Assembly: GCA_023379605.1 (NCBI GenBank)
Contig: JAMCQF010000164.1
Location: 297 to 64,296 of the forward strand
Source: Actinomycetota bacterium
Lineage (GTDB): Bacteria; Actinomycetota; Acidimicrobiia; Acidimicrobiales; JAMCQF01
Reading direction: 5' to 3'
Length of the DNA stretch: 64,000 nt
Positions 1 through 8,911 of the stretch are shown piece by piece. Position 1 is the first letter of the stretch. Every line of letters starts with the position of its first letter. A model generated the notes under the pieces. That model ran no database searches. It was not told the DNA's origin and saw nothing but the letters and a program-made list of their open reading frames with translations. The position numbers and the translations under genes were made by a program.

Positions 1-424
1 CTGACACTAGGATCCGTGTAACGTATCTCCGGGCTGTCGAACGCTGGTCGCAAGGCCAGCGTGAGGCACACCGTATGGCGCAGCACCGAAAGGCCAGAGC
101 CCTGAGTAGCGCCCAGAACCGGGCCTTTGTCCTATGAACACGACAGAGCAAGCCGACGCTAGCAAGCCCATCTACTAGTTATTTGGAACCAGACCGTTGG
201 TCGTGGTGGCGTGAGGGGAGCGATGCCAGGCAACTCCAACCGAGCGGACGGGTCACACGCCCCGTCCGTAAGGGGGGCTCACCGATACGGTAAGAGATGA
301 TAGCGAAGGGTCGGTGAGGTATGTGTATCGATTTTGAGACGGTGGATCTCCAATCCGGGGGGTTACAATGACAGAAGATCTAGAGCTGGCCTATTTGGGA
401 CGTAGCTAGAGTTAGGGGAGGTAT

Positions 425-2245
425 ATGGGGAGGAGTGGCTCCCAGGTTTCCTGTGATTCGTCTCTGTCCCGGCTTGGTTTAGAGGTTCCGCTGGGGGAGG
501 AGAAGTTGCGGCCGGTAATTGCCGCTTCGTGGCGACGTTCAGCAGCGTGTGGCGTGGGTAACCAGAAGGAACCGAAGCTGCCCTACCTTCCAGAGTTCGA
601 TCGGGAGTGTTGCCTCATGCGCGCTGCGAGGCCGATCCTGGAGCGCTTGATGGTGACCTTAGGGGGAACTGCGACAAGTGTCATCCTGGCAGATCGGGAG
701 GGGCGCATCCTGGAGCGCTGGGTTGGTGACAGCGCCTTGAACAGGGCTCTGGACAAGGCCAATGCCGCTAGCGGCTTTGTCTTCGCTGAGGAGTTTGCCG
801 GGACTAATGGCCTAGGTACGACTTTGGAGGAGTCCTCGGCGGTGACGGTGCGCGGTGAGGAGCACTTTGCTGATTACCTAAAGCACTTGGCCTGTGTGGG
901 AGTGCCAATCCACCACCCCATCCATGGAACTGTCGAAGGAGTATTGGACATCACCTGTTTGGCGCGAGAGCATGATCCGCTCATGGCACCACTGCTTGTG
1001 GAGGCCGTTCGGCACATAGAGACACAGCTGGCTCAGCTGTCCTCTCCAGAGGAGATGGCTCTCCTAGAGGAGTTCCTGGGTACCTGTCGCCGCTACCCAG
1101 GTGCGGTGGTTGGCCTGAACCCGGCTTTGAACTTGACGAACAGCGCAGCTGCCGAGCGTCTCGTCCCATTCGATCATCCCGTGCTGTGGGAGTTTGCCCG
1201 GGATCTGACCACTAGCGGGCGCACAGAAGGAGTAGTGGAGCTGGCACAGGGCTCCTGTAAGGTTCACTGCTTGCCTGTTGCCAACGGACGGTGCGGCCCG
1301 AGCGCGGTGGTCATGAGACTTGACTTTGCTTCACCTAAAGGTGAGGAAACCACTACGGCGGTGCATAAGGCCCACGTGCCGCTTGCCACTCACCCTTTGC
1401 CAGGCCGGAGCCCGCAGTGGCGTCAGGTGATGTCTACCGTTTTCAACCTCGCAGACTTACGTGAACCTGTGGCCATCATAGGGGAGGCTGGGGTAGGCAA
1501 GGTTCACCTAGCCCGGTACCTGCACGAGATCTCTGCTCATGATCACCCATGCTCTCAGCTGGTCGTTTACGATCTCTCTTCTTTGGATAGTGCATCATTG
1601 ACAGCTCTGCTCGATGCATTGGAAAGAGCATCGGAATGTGGCGACACGTTCGTTTTACGTCATGTCGATTCTCTGTCGCCAGCGGCAATGGCAGAGATGC
1701 GCTCAATTCTAACCAAGGCCCGAGGCCCAAGGGGCGCCAGGAGAGGAAGGGTCCTGGCAACGGCAGTGACTTCAGCTGATGCAACTGAGGAAGATGAGCT
1801 TTTGAGCGTATGCTTTCCATTGCAAGTACGGATCCCTCCGCTAAGGCAGCGAAGCGAGGACATTGCTGATTTAGTCCCAGCTCTGCTCGCTGGTAATGAG
1901 GAGCACAAGAACGCCCGGTGCTCAATACGTGCACTGCACACGCTCATGCGTTATCAGTGGCCAGGCAACATAGCCGAGCTAAAAGAGGCGCTTATGATTG
2001 CGCTTAGGTCCAGTAGGGGCCATGACATTGAGCCAGAGCACCTGCCATCCTGGATCCTAAAACGCTCGGCTTCAGATCGGTTGTCGGCATTGGAAAGAGC
2101 CGAGCGAAACGCAATCATTGAAGTTCTGGCAAGCGTTGGAAACAGCAGGACTGAGGCAGCCAAGGTTCTTGGAATCGGTCGGGCAACACTATATAGAAAA
2201 TTGCGGAGCCTTGGCATTCCAACCAATCGCGAGATGAGCTTTTGA
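425..2245 (+). CDS. AcoR/enhancer-binding-protein-like transcriptional regulator (GAF-like sensor, degenerate AAA+ core, Fis-type HTH)
   Basis: 606-aa ORF with GGGGAGG just upstream of the ATG. Walker-A-like GEAGVGKV, YQWPGNIAELKEAL motif and C-terminal HTH RTEAAKVLGIGRATLYRKL. No GAFTGA loop found. Confidence 0.8.
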   Translation: MGRSGSQVSCDSSLSRLGLEVPLGEEKLRPVIAASWRRSAACGVGNQKEPKLPYLPEFDRECCLMRAARPILERLMVTLGGTATSVILADREGRILERWVGDSALNRALDKANAASGFVFAEEFAGTNGLGTTLEESSAVTVRGEEHFADYLKHLACVGVPIHHPIHGTVEGVLDITCLAREHDPLMAPLLVEAVRHIETQLAQLSSPEEMALLEEFLGTCRRYPGAVVGLNPALNLTNSAAAERLVPFDHPVLWEFARDLTTSGRTEGVVELAQGSCKVHCLPVANGRCGPSAVVMRLDFASPKGEETTTAVHKAHVPLATHPLPGRSPQWRQVMSTVFNLADLREPVAIIGEAGVGKVHLARYLHEISAHDHPCSQLVVYDLSSLDSASLTALLDALERASECGDTFVLRHVDSLSPAAMAEMRSILTKARGPRGARRGRVLATAVTSADATEEDELLSVCFPLQVRIPPLRQRSEDIADLVPALLAGNEEHKNARCSIRALHTLMRYQWPGNIAELKEALMIALRSSRGHDIEPEHLPSWILKRSASDRLSALERAERNAIIEVLASVGNSRTEAAKVLGIGRATLYRKLRSLGIPTNREMSF

Positions 2246-2300
2246 GTGACAAGCGTGCCACTCTGCACTTAGTGCAAACTGCCCACATGAGCTTATGAGG

Positions 2301-3083
2301 TCAGTGGCCGGAGAAGTGCGGGTCTCTCTTTTGGGAAAATGCACTCATAGCCTCGCTGGAGTCATCTGTTGACTGCACGACCGCCATGTGTGATGCCATC
2401 ATGTTAAGATGAGTTCTCACGTCCATGTGCAATGACTGGTAGGTAGACCGCTTTATGAGCCCTGCTGCAATTGGTGGCATGGACGCTAGCTTGTTAGCGA
2501 GCTCATAGGTCTTCCCGAGCAGCTCGTCGTCGGGGTAGCAGTGGTTTACGACGCCGATTCTCTCGGCTTCTTGTCCATCAATGAAATCTCCGGTAAGGAG
2601 CAGTTCAAGAGCGCGGGCCACACCGACCAGTCTGGGTAGCCAAAGACAGCCACCATCACCGGGTATCAAGCCGACTCGGATATATCCTTCGCTGAAGCGA
2701 GCCGAGATACCTGCAAGCCTGATGTCGCACATGAGGGCCATGTCCATTCCAGCCCCGACGGCAGGTCCAGCTACTGCTGCCACAACAGGTTTGTCAAGGT
2801 CCTCTAGGGATAGTGCCACACGGTGTATGGTGTCGGTAAGCATCTGGCGCCGTGCCAAAGGTGTTGGCTCGACCTTCTCCAGCTCTTCGATGTCTATACC
2901 AGCACAGAAAGCATCTCCTGCACCCCTTAGAACTATAGACCTTATCGCGGGGTCCTTGGCGGCCTCTTGTAGCGCACCAGCCCATTTGTCGACCATATCC
3001 AAAGTGAAAGCATTCTTGCGCTGAGGGCGGTTGAGCATGATCGTTGCAACGGGCCCTTGACAAGAGTATTCGATGTCGCTCAT
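2301..3083 (-). CDS. enoyl-CoA hydratase/isomerase (crotonase family)
   Basis: ORF runs 2301..3167. Start moved to ATG 3083 (MSDIEYS...), which overlaps the upstream stop as ATGA. Motifs IMLNRPQRKNAF, FCAGIDI, GPAVGAGMDMAL. Confidence 0.85.
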   Translation of the reverse strand: MSDIEYSCQGPVATIMLNRPQRKNAFTLDMVDKWAGALQEAAKDPAIRSIVLRGAGDAFCAGIDIEELEKVEPTPLARRQMLTDTIHRVALSLEDLDKPVVAAVAGPAVGAGMDMALMCDIRLAGISARFSEGYIRVGLIPGDGGCLWLPRLVGVARALELLLTGDFIDGQEAERIGVVNHCYPDDELLGKTYELANKLASMPPIAAGLIKRSTYQSLHMDVRTHLNMMASHMAVVQSTDDSSEAMSAFSQKRDPHFSGH

Positions 3084-4156
3084 GTTCCTTCCCCAGGTGT
3101 ATCTCTTGTGACCAGGTCCCAGAGTCCCGGTGTGCTCAATGCTCTCTCTCCCAGGATGCGGGCCCAATGGCGCTCGTTACCGAACTCATCCCTCCATGCC
3201 CACAGCCTAGTAGTGTAGCGATGCAATGGATGCTCCTGGGTAAAGCCGATAGCACCGTGGACTTGGTGGGCCAGCCGTGCGACAATTCCGGCAGAGCGGC
3301 CTGCCTGCACCTTGGAGGCTCCGACAAAGATAGGATCAGGCGATCCGTTCCTGGCCGCATTGGTTGCGGCTGACATCGCAGCTGCATTGGCGGCGGCTGA
3401 TTCGGCGGCCATTTGCGCTAGATATTGCTGTATCGCCTGAAAGGCAATGATTGGCCTTCCAAACTGAGTTCTTTCACGGGCGTAGGACACACTGGCTGAC
3501 AAGGCGGCCTCTATCGCTCCGGCTATGAGCAGCGATGTCCCAAGTGCTCCTCTGATCATGAGCTCACTGCCATTGATCTCCTTATCGCTACCCACTACAG
3601 CCGCCCATTCCTCAGATACGAATAGACCCTCAATGTTTATACTATCTCTTGGTTCGCCACAGAGGTTTCTTCCTCGCACCCACTGCCAATCCCGGGGGTC
3701 TAAGCTCATGACCAGTGGAGGCGTGGTTGGCAACACCACCACCACATTCTCGGCTATGTGTCCGTAGGGAACCTTTGAAAGCGTTCCTGTGAGGACATAG
3801 CCACCTCGGACACGCCGAGCACCCATCGCATCTGGGGCTGCAGCGGTCAAGGGGCCAGCAGGGACCGCAAGGCCGGTAGCCGACAAGAGCCAACCGGCCA
3901 GCAGAGCAGTCTCCATTAGAGGAACAGGTACACCAAACCGACCAACTTCTCGAAGCACCACAGCCGCTTCGAGCATGCTCGCCCCAGCGCCTCCGTGCTC
4001 TTCTGGTATGGGCAGGAGAGTGAACCCAGCTTTTACCAGAGCCTCCCATACTTGAGGAGCCCAGTAAGGAGGATCTCCAGGTTCAGTCCCGGTGGACCAC
4101 AAGGCTTCAAAGATTCGAGCCGTTGTCGCCGCTACTGCATCCAGCTCGTCTTTCAT
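3080..4156 (-). CDS. acyl-CoA dehydrogenase-fold protein, probable second subunit of a heteromeric ACAD
   Basis: 358 aa with an ACAD C-terminal helical domain (SVSYARERTQFGRPIIAFQAIQ). Lacks the SEPxxGSD signature present in the neighbouring ACAD. ATGA overlaps at both ends. Confidence 0.8.
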   Translation of the reverse strand: MKDELDAVAATTARIFEALWSTGTEPGDPPYWAPQVWEALVKAGFTLLPIPEEHGGAGASMLEAAVVLREVGRFGVPVPLMETALLAGWLLSATGLAVPAGPLTAAAPDAMGARRVRGGYVLTGTLSKVPYGHIAENVVVVLPTTPPLVMSLDPRDWQWVRGRNLCGEPRDSINIEGLFVSEEWAAVVGSDKEINGSELMIRGALGTSLLIAGAIEAALSASVSYARERTQFGRPIIAFQAIQQYLAQMAAESAAANAAAMSAATNAARNGSPDPIFVGASKVQAGRSAGIVARLAHQVHGAIGFTQEHPLHRYTTRLWAWRDEFGNERHWARILGERALSTPGLWDLVTRDTPGEGT

Positions 4157-5310
4157 TGGTGTCCCAAAGCCCTCGCCACGATTCCCCGGAGCACCTCGTT
4201 TGTACCACCTCTCAGGGTGAACCCAGGAGAGTGCAAAGTACTGCGTGCGAGGTGGTACGCGAGCGTGCCTGGAGCTGCATCCTGGTCGGCAAAGACATGA
4301 GAAACCAATCGTACCCGTTCTACCACTTCCTGCTCGAAACGGGTCCCGAGGTCTTTTACAAGTGCAGCCTGCACGTCTACTTCGCTACCTTCAGACAGCG
4401 CTGCCGCTACAGACAGCGACATCTGGCGCAGCGTTATAAGACGCGCCAGAAGCTCCCCGATCTCTTCAGTTTCTGCCGTGGTGCTACTTGAGCTACTTTC
4501 CAGGTGATGAGCAAGGCTGGCAAGCAGCAGAAAAGTCGAAAGGAAACGCTCCGGACCGCTGCGCTCGAACCCGAGCTCGGAGGTCACCTGGCGCCAGCCG
4601 CTCCCGACCTCCCCCAGCACGTGAGCATCGGGGACGAACACGCCATTTAATACCACTTCGTTGAAGTCATGAGCCCCGGTGAGCAGTGGAATGGGTCTTA
4701 TTTCAACCCCTTGCCCGCGCAGGTTGACGATGAACTGCGTCAGCCCAGCGTGCCTGTCTGGACCCAGTGGCTCGCTGCGTGCGAGCACCACGAAGAAATG
4801 GGCACGGTGAGCCCCGCTCGTCCATACCTTGGTGCCATAGAGCTCCCATCCGCCCTTCACCCGCTGCGCAACGGTACGTACCGATGCCAGATCGGATCCG
4901 CTGTCTGGCTCGCTCATGCCGATCGCGAAAAAGCAGCGCCCCTGGGCGATTTTGGGCAGAAAGCTTTGGCGCTGGAGCTCGGTTCCATAGCGCAGCAGAG
5001 ACGGAGCCGATTGGCGGTCGGCCACCCAGTGCGCCGCGACGGGCGCACCGGCTGCAAGCAGCTCTTCGATCACCACGTAGCGCTCCAAGGCGGATCGTCC
5101 GTGGCCCCCGTACTTGGTCGGAATGGTCATCCCCACCCACCCTCGCGCGGCAAGTTGTTCGGTAAAGGACTCGTCCCAGCCACTCAGCCATGAGTCGCAG
5201 GTACCCACAAAAGCCCCCGCCGCGGTCTGTTCTGCAAGGAACCCACGGACCTCTTTCCTTAGCCGCTCTGCTCCAATGGGGAGCAAAGCGGTTTCCAAGA
5301 GTGGCAGCAT
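4153..5310 (-). CDS. acyl-CoA dehydrogenase
   Basis: 385 aa with ACAD signature FAIGMSEPDSGSDLASVRT and GGTNEVLRGIVAR near the C-terminus. Confidence 0.9.
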   Translation of the reverse strand: MLPLLETALLPIGAERLRKEVRGFLAEQTAAGAFVGTCDSWLSGWDESFTEQLAARGWVGMTIPTKYGGHGRSALERYVVIEELLAAGAPVAAHWVADRQSAPSLLRYGTELQRQSFLPKIAQGRCFFAIGMSEPDSGSDLASVRTVAQRVKGGWELYGTKVWTSGAHRAHFFVVLARSEPLGPDRHAGLTQFIVNLRGQGVEIRPIPLLTGAHDFNEVVLNGVFVPDAHVLGEVGSGWRQVTSELGFERSGPERFLSTFLLLASLAHHLESSSSSTTAETEEIGELLARLITLRQMSLSVAAALSEGSEVDVQAALVKDLGTRFEQEVVERVRLVSHVFADQDAAPGTLAYHLARSTLHSPGFTLRGGTNEVLRGIVARALGHQ

Positions 5311-5333
5311 GGTCAGGTTCTCAGCCGGTGAGT

Positions 5334-5370
5334 GGAACGGTCTCGGGCCATGGCGACCCGAGACCGTTCC
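5334..5370 (-). terminator. perfect 14-bp-stem hairpin between the LLM and ACAD genes
   Basis: GGAACGGTCTCGGG-ccatggcga-CCCGAGACCGTTCC. No U-tract, so it may be an intercistronic stabiliser/attenuator or a factor-dependent terminator. Confidence 0.4.
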
Positions 5371-5442
5371 ACCATTAGGTCTTGGAAGTGGGCCAAGCAG
5401 AGCACCGATTGCAAATATGGCACCAAGCCCACCAAGTGTTGC

Positions 5443-6885
5443 CTAAGCCCCCGCTTGGCCAGCCATCGCCTGCCTCTTCCCGGTGCCGGTAGAGGCGCCG
5501 TTGCCGGAGATGCCATTTGCAAAGACATCCAGGTCCACACTTGAAGCTGGATATTCAGGAGAGCCACCGCACTCACGCCTTAAAACAGGGGCGATCTCCT
5601 CGGCAAAGAACTGCATTTGGGCCTCGATCTCAGCTCCTTCGAACCCGCCCAGCTCGAACCAGGCATTGAACATGAAGTCATCGTAGCCGCACACCTGCTT
5701 GATTTTCATGATCTTGTCTATGACTTCCTGCTTGGATCCGTGGATAGCGACCTCCTTCTTACGAAGCAGATCTGCTGTCACTTTCATGTTGAGATCGTAG
5801 TATGGCTCATCTGCCTCAGCAAGGACGGCAGCAAAGCCAAAGGGGCCGTAGTAGTCCCACTGCAGCTCCATCGCCCTAGCGGCCCTGTCTAGGTCCCCCA
5901 GGCCTTTCTCGACCACATGGATATAGCGACAAGTGACAACACCACGGTGCTTTTGAGCGTCCCAGCCGAACTTGAATTGGCCTCTATTTAGCCTGTCAGG
6001 CCAACCATTCTTGGCTGCCTCATCGTAGTACATCTCTATCATCATGCGGATGCGCGAGCTGGGCTCTACTATGAAGTAAGCGTTGACGCCCTTGCCAGCA
6101 GCCCAGCGCGTTGAGCGCTCTGAGGTTATTGGCTCCCAGATCTGCGGGTGAGGCTTTTGCAGCGGTTGTGGATAGACTGGTATCTCAAGAAGCTTAGAGG
6201 TTGTTGCCAGCACAGGGTTGCCGCCCGAGTACATGTCCGGCGGTCCGACCTTCACAACCTCTTCGAGGGTACGGCCGACACCGGGCTGGCTGAAGTAGGC
6301 ATTGGTCTGCCGGTGGTTCCATCGCGTATATGACGGAGGTATGGAGAAGCGCTCCCCATGGTGCGACATGGACGGCTGTGTCCATGCTTTCTCGATTATC
6401 TCGTATGCCTCTTCATAGGACGCCCGGTTGCGCTCTTGATCCTGGATAGTAGAACCATATGCTTGGCCAAAGACCTCTGCTTCGCGCGGCTGGTAGCCAC
6501 GGCCAATGCCGCACTCGACCCTGCCCCCCGAGATGACATCCAGCATTGCGACCTGCTCGGCAAATCGAATCGGGTGCCACCAGGTGATGATATTTGCCAG
6601 CTGGCCAAGACGTATCCTCTTAGTCCTAGATGCGATGGCGGCCTCGGCCAATAGCGGGTTAGGGCTGTACTCCGCACCTTCGGGTTGGAAGTGATGCTCA
6701 GTCATAAAAAAGTAGTCATAACCAAGCTGATCTGCCAGGATCCCTTGCCTGACTTGGTTGATGAGGCCACGTTGAGCTGCCTGGTGTGTGGCCTCAAGAT
6801 CACCATCATTCACGACGGTGCGGAGTACAGCCCTAACGGTGGGCAAGTCGGCCGCACCGTTGTGGAATATGCCGATCTCGATCAT
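5443..6885 (-). CDS. LLM-class (luciferase-like) flavin-dependent monooxygenase/oxidoreductase
   Basis: 480 aa with typical LLM strings FFMTEHHF and ISGGRVECGIGRGY. Starts MIEIGIF. Confidence 0.85.
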   Translation of the reverse strand: MIEIGIFHNGAADLPTVRAVLRTVVNDGDLEATHQAAQRGLINQVRQGILADQLGYDYFFMTEHHFQPEGAEYSPNPLLAEAAIASRTKRIRLGQLANIITWWHPIRFAEQVAMLDVISGGRVECGIGRGYQPREAEVFGQAYGSTIQDQERNRASYEEAYEIIEKAWTQPSMSHHGERFSIPPSYTRWNHRQTNAYFSQPGVGRTLEEVVKVGPPDMYSGGNPVLATTSKLLEIPVYPQPLQKPHPQIWEPITSERSTRWAAGKGVNAYFIVEPSSRIRMMIEMYYDEAAKNGWPDRLNRGQFKFGWDAQKHRGVVTCRYIHVVEKGLGDLDRAARAMELQWDYYGPFGFAAVLAEADEPYYDLNMKVTADLLRKKEVAIHGSKQEVIDKIMKIKQVCGYDDFMFNAWFELGGFEGAEIEAQMQFFAEEIAPVLRRECGGSPEYPASSVDLDVFANGISGNGASTGTGKRQAMAGQAGA

Positions 6886-7055
6886 GTACTCCTCCTAATC
6901 TCTAATGGGGTCTCGCCCATGGCGGTAGCTCGAAGTATGCTCTAGAACCTTTTAGCCGGACCGTCTCATTTTGGGACGCTTCAAGAGGTGACCCGGGGTG
7001 AGTGTTTCAAACTGATACGCCCTGACATCCTTGATGACAGGCATCATCATCTCTG

Positions 7056-8327
7056 ATGGGAAACGAGCCGTTTGGCGTCATTGCGAACATGGAGGTCATT
7101 GAGAGCTCAGTTCGGGCAGCGGTCGAGGCATTTGCCCGAGGAGAGTTCGTCATCGTGATCGATGACGAAGATCGCGAAGACGAGGGGGACCTCATAGCGG
7201 CTGCAGAGACGATCACCGCTGAGCGAATGGCATTCCTGGTGCGCCACACGAGCGGGCTGGCTTGTGTGGCGATGGAGCCAGAGCGACTCGACCAGCTCCG
7301 ACTTGACCAGATGGTGGCTGCCGGGAACGATCCGCGCGGCACCGCCTTTACCGTATCGGTGGATCTGCGCGGCGTTACAAGCACAGGCATATCAGCGGCA
7401 GATCGTGCTGCTACCATACGAGCGCTCGCAGATCCGACGCTGACAGCTAGTGACTTCAGCCGTCCAGGCCATGTTTTCCCTCTTCGGGCGCGTAAAGGAG
7501 GAGTTTTAAAGCGGGCGGGCCATACCGAGGCAGCGGTGGATCTTGCCAAGCTTGCCGGCATGACCCCAGCAGCGGTCCTTGCCGAGGTGGTAAACGACGA
7601 TGGCACCATGGCAAGGCGGCCTGCACTTAAGATCTTTGCGGCTCAGCACGACCTAGCTGTTGTCACCATAGCTGATCTCATAAGGTACAGGAGGCGCCAT
7701 GAGAGCCTTGTCGAACATACTTCCGAAGCTATGTTACCTACGCCATATGGGATCTTCACCATATCGTGTTACCGGTCCCTGCTAGACGATACCGATCACA
7801 TTGCCCTGGTTGCAGGGGACATTAGAGACGGAGATGACGTTCTCGTACGGGTTCATTCCGAGTGCATAACAGGCGATGTGATGGCCTCGGCCAGATGTGA
7901 CTGCGGTGAACAGCTCCACAAAGCCTTAGAGCGCATAGGCAACCAGGGCAGGGGCGTACTTGTCTACCTGAGAGGTCAGGAGGGTCGTGGTATAGGTATA
8001 GGGCACAAGCTACGGGCGTATACCCTTCAAGATCAGGGCATGGACACAGTCGATGCGAACCTGGCTCTAGGCCTTCCCGTGGACAACCGGGAGTACGGTG
8101 TCGGTGCACAGATACTTCTTGACCTAGGGGTCCGCTCGATCAGGCTCATGACGAATAACCCTGCAAAGTACACAGGCCTTTCGGGGTACGGCATCGAGAT
8201 AACCGAACGGATTCCTCTAATTGTTCCTCCCGGCCAGCACAACTCGAGCTATCTCAGGACCAAAAGAGAGCGGTTGGGCCATGAGCTAGGCCGTGCTTTA
8301 GATCCCCAAGCTGGAGCTCAGGCGTGA
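7056..8327 (+). CDS. ribBA: bifunctional 3,4-dihydroxy-2-butanone-4-phosphate synthase / GTP cyclohydrolase II
   Basis: 423 aa. DHBP synthase motif VIDDEDREDEGDLI. GCH-II motifs VHSECITGDV, RCDCGEQL, GRGIGIGHK. The start could instead be ATG 7089. Confidence 0.95.
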   Translation: MGNEPFGVIANMEVIESSVRAAVEAFARGEFVIVIDDEDREDEGDLIAAAETITAERMAFLVRHTSGLACVAMEPERLDQLRLDQMVAAGNDPRGTAFTVSVDLRGVTSTGISAADRAATIRALADPTLTASDFSRPGHVFPLRARKGGVLKRAGHTEAAVDLAKLAGMTPAAVLAEVVNDDGTMARRPALKIFAAQHDLAVVTIADLIRYRRRHESLVEHTSEAMLPTPYGIFTISCYRSLLDDTDHIALVAGDIRDGDDVLVRVHSECITGDVMASARCDCGEQLHKALERIGNQGRGVLVYLRGQEGRGIGIGHKLRAYTLQDQGMDTVDANLALGLPVDNREYGVGAQILLDLGVRSIRLMTNNPAKYTGLSGYGIEITERIPLIVPPGQHNSSYLRTKRERLGHELGRALDPQAGAQA

Positions 8328-8866
8328 TTGCCGGGCAAGCAGGCGAGACTGCCTGCATACAGGATATGTGCCTTGACCAGTCTGTGCACCCCGAGGAGTT
8401 CTCGGAATTATTCAAGGAGGCGATGTCGCGCTTTCCAAGTGGGGTGACCATTGCCACCACCCATGACCAGGCAGGCCGGAACTGGGGCTTTACTGCGAGC
8501 TCATTCTGCTCACTCTCTGTGGATCCGCCGCTAGTACTTGTGTGTCTTGTGAATTCAGCTGACTGCCATGTGGCGTTTCAGACCGCTGGGCGATGGGCGA
8601 TAAACGTCCTAGCGCATGATCACCGGCACCTGGCTTTGCGCTTTGCGACAAAGGGTGCCGATAAGTTCTCTGGCGATGAGTTCGATTACACCGAAGAGCA
8701 CATTCCTATACTGAGGGATTCGGTGGTCTCCACTGTCTGTGACGCCTACGAGCGCTATCCAGGTGGGGATCATGTCATTCTGGTCGGCAAGGTGGTGCGT
8801 GTATTGCTGCGTGAGCGTGAACCGCTGGTTCATCACGCGCGCCGTTTTGCGAGGCTTGAGTATTGA
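8324..8866 (+). CDS. flavin reductase (NAD(P)H:flavin oxidoreductase, HpaC-like)
   Basis: 180 aa with flavin-reductase-domain strings FKEAMSRFPSGVTIATT and PPLVLVCL. The GTG start overlaps the ribBA stop (GTGA). Confidence 0.85.
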   Translation: MIAGQAGETACIQDMCLDQSVHPEEFSELFKEAMSRFPSGVTIATTHDQAGRNWGFTASSFCSLSVDPPLVLVCLVNSADCHVAFQTAGRWAINVLAHDHRHLALRFATKGADKFSGDEFDYTEEHIPILRDSVVSTVCDAYERYPGGDHVILVGKVVRVLLREREPLVHHARRFARLEY

Positions 8867-8911
8867 CTCCCGGATCTTGACTACAAGAGCAGATTGTGAA
8901 GAGGAGTTAGC

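Noticed and set aside
1-424. ORF-free, hairpin-containing 5' end of the window as a structured RNA (RNase P, riboswitch, group II intron domain V)
   Set aside because: No conserved core motifs of these RNAs were found. Frame 3 is open from the window edge to TGA 135-137 (...YLRAVERWSQGQ...NRAFVL), so part of the region may be the C-terminus of a truncated upstream gene. The rest would then be an ordinary promoter region for the regulator.
6886-7055. FMN (RFN) riboswitch upstream of ribBA
   Set aside because: I looked for the conserved RFN cores (GGGTGAAATTCCC, CCGACGGT, GGATGGGAGA-like ends). Only a weak TCTGATGGGAAAC resemblance is present, which is not enough to call. A covariance-model scan is needed.
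7007-7609. 200-aa minus-strand ORF
   Set aside because: It is antisense to ribBA and has a Ser/Ala/Arg-rich shadow-frame composition.
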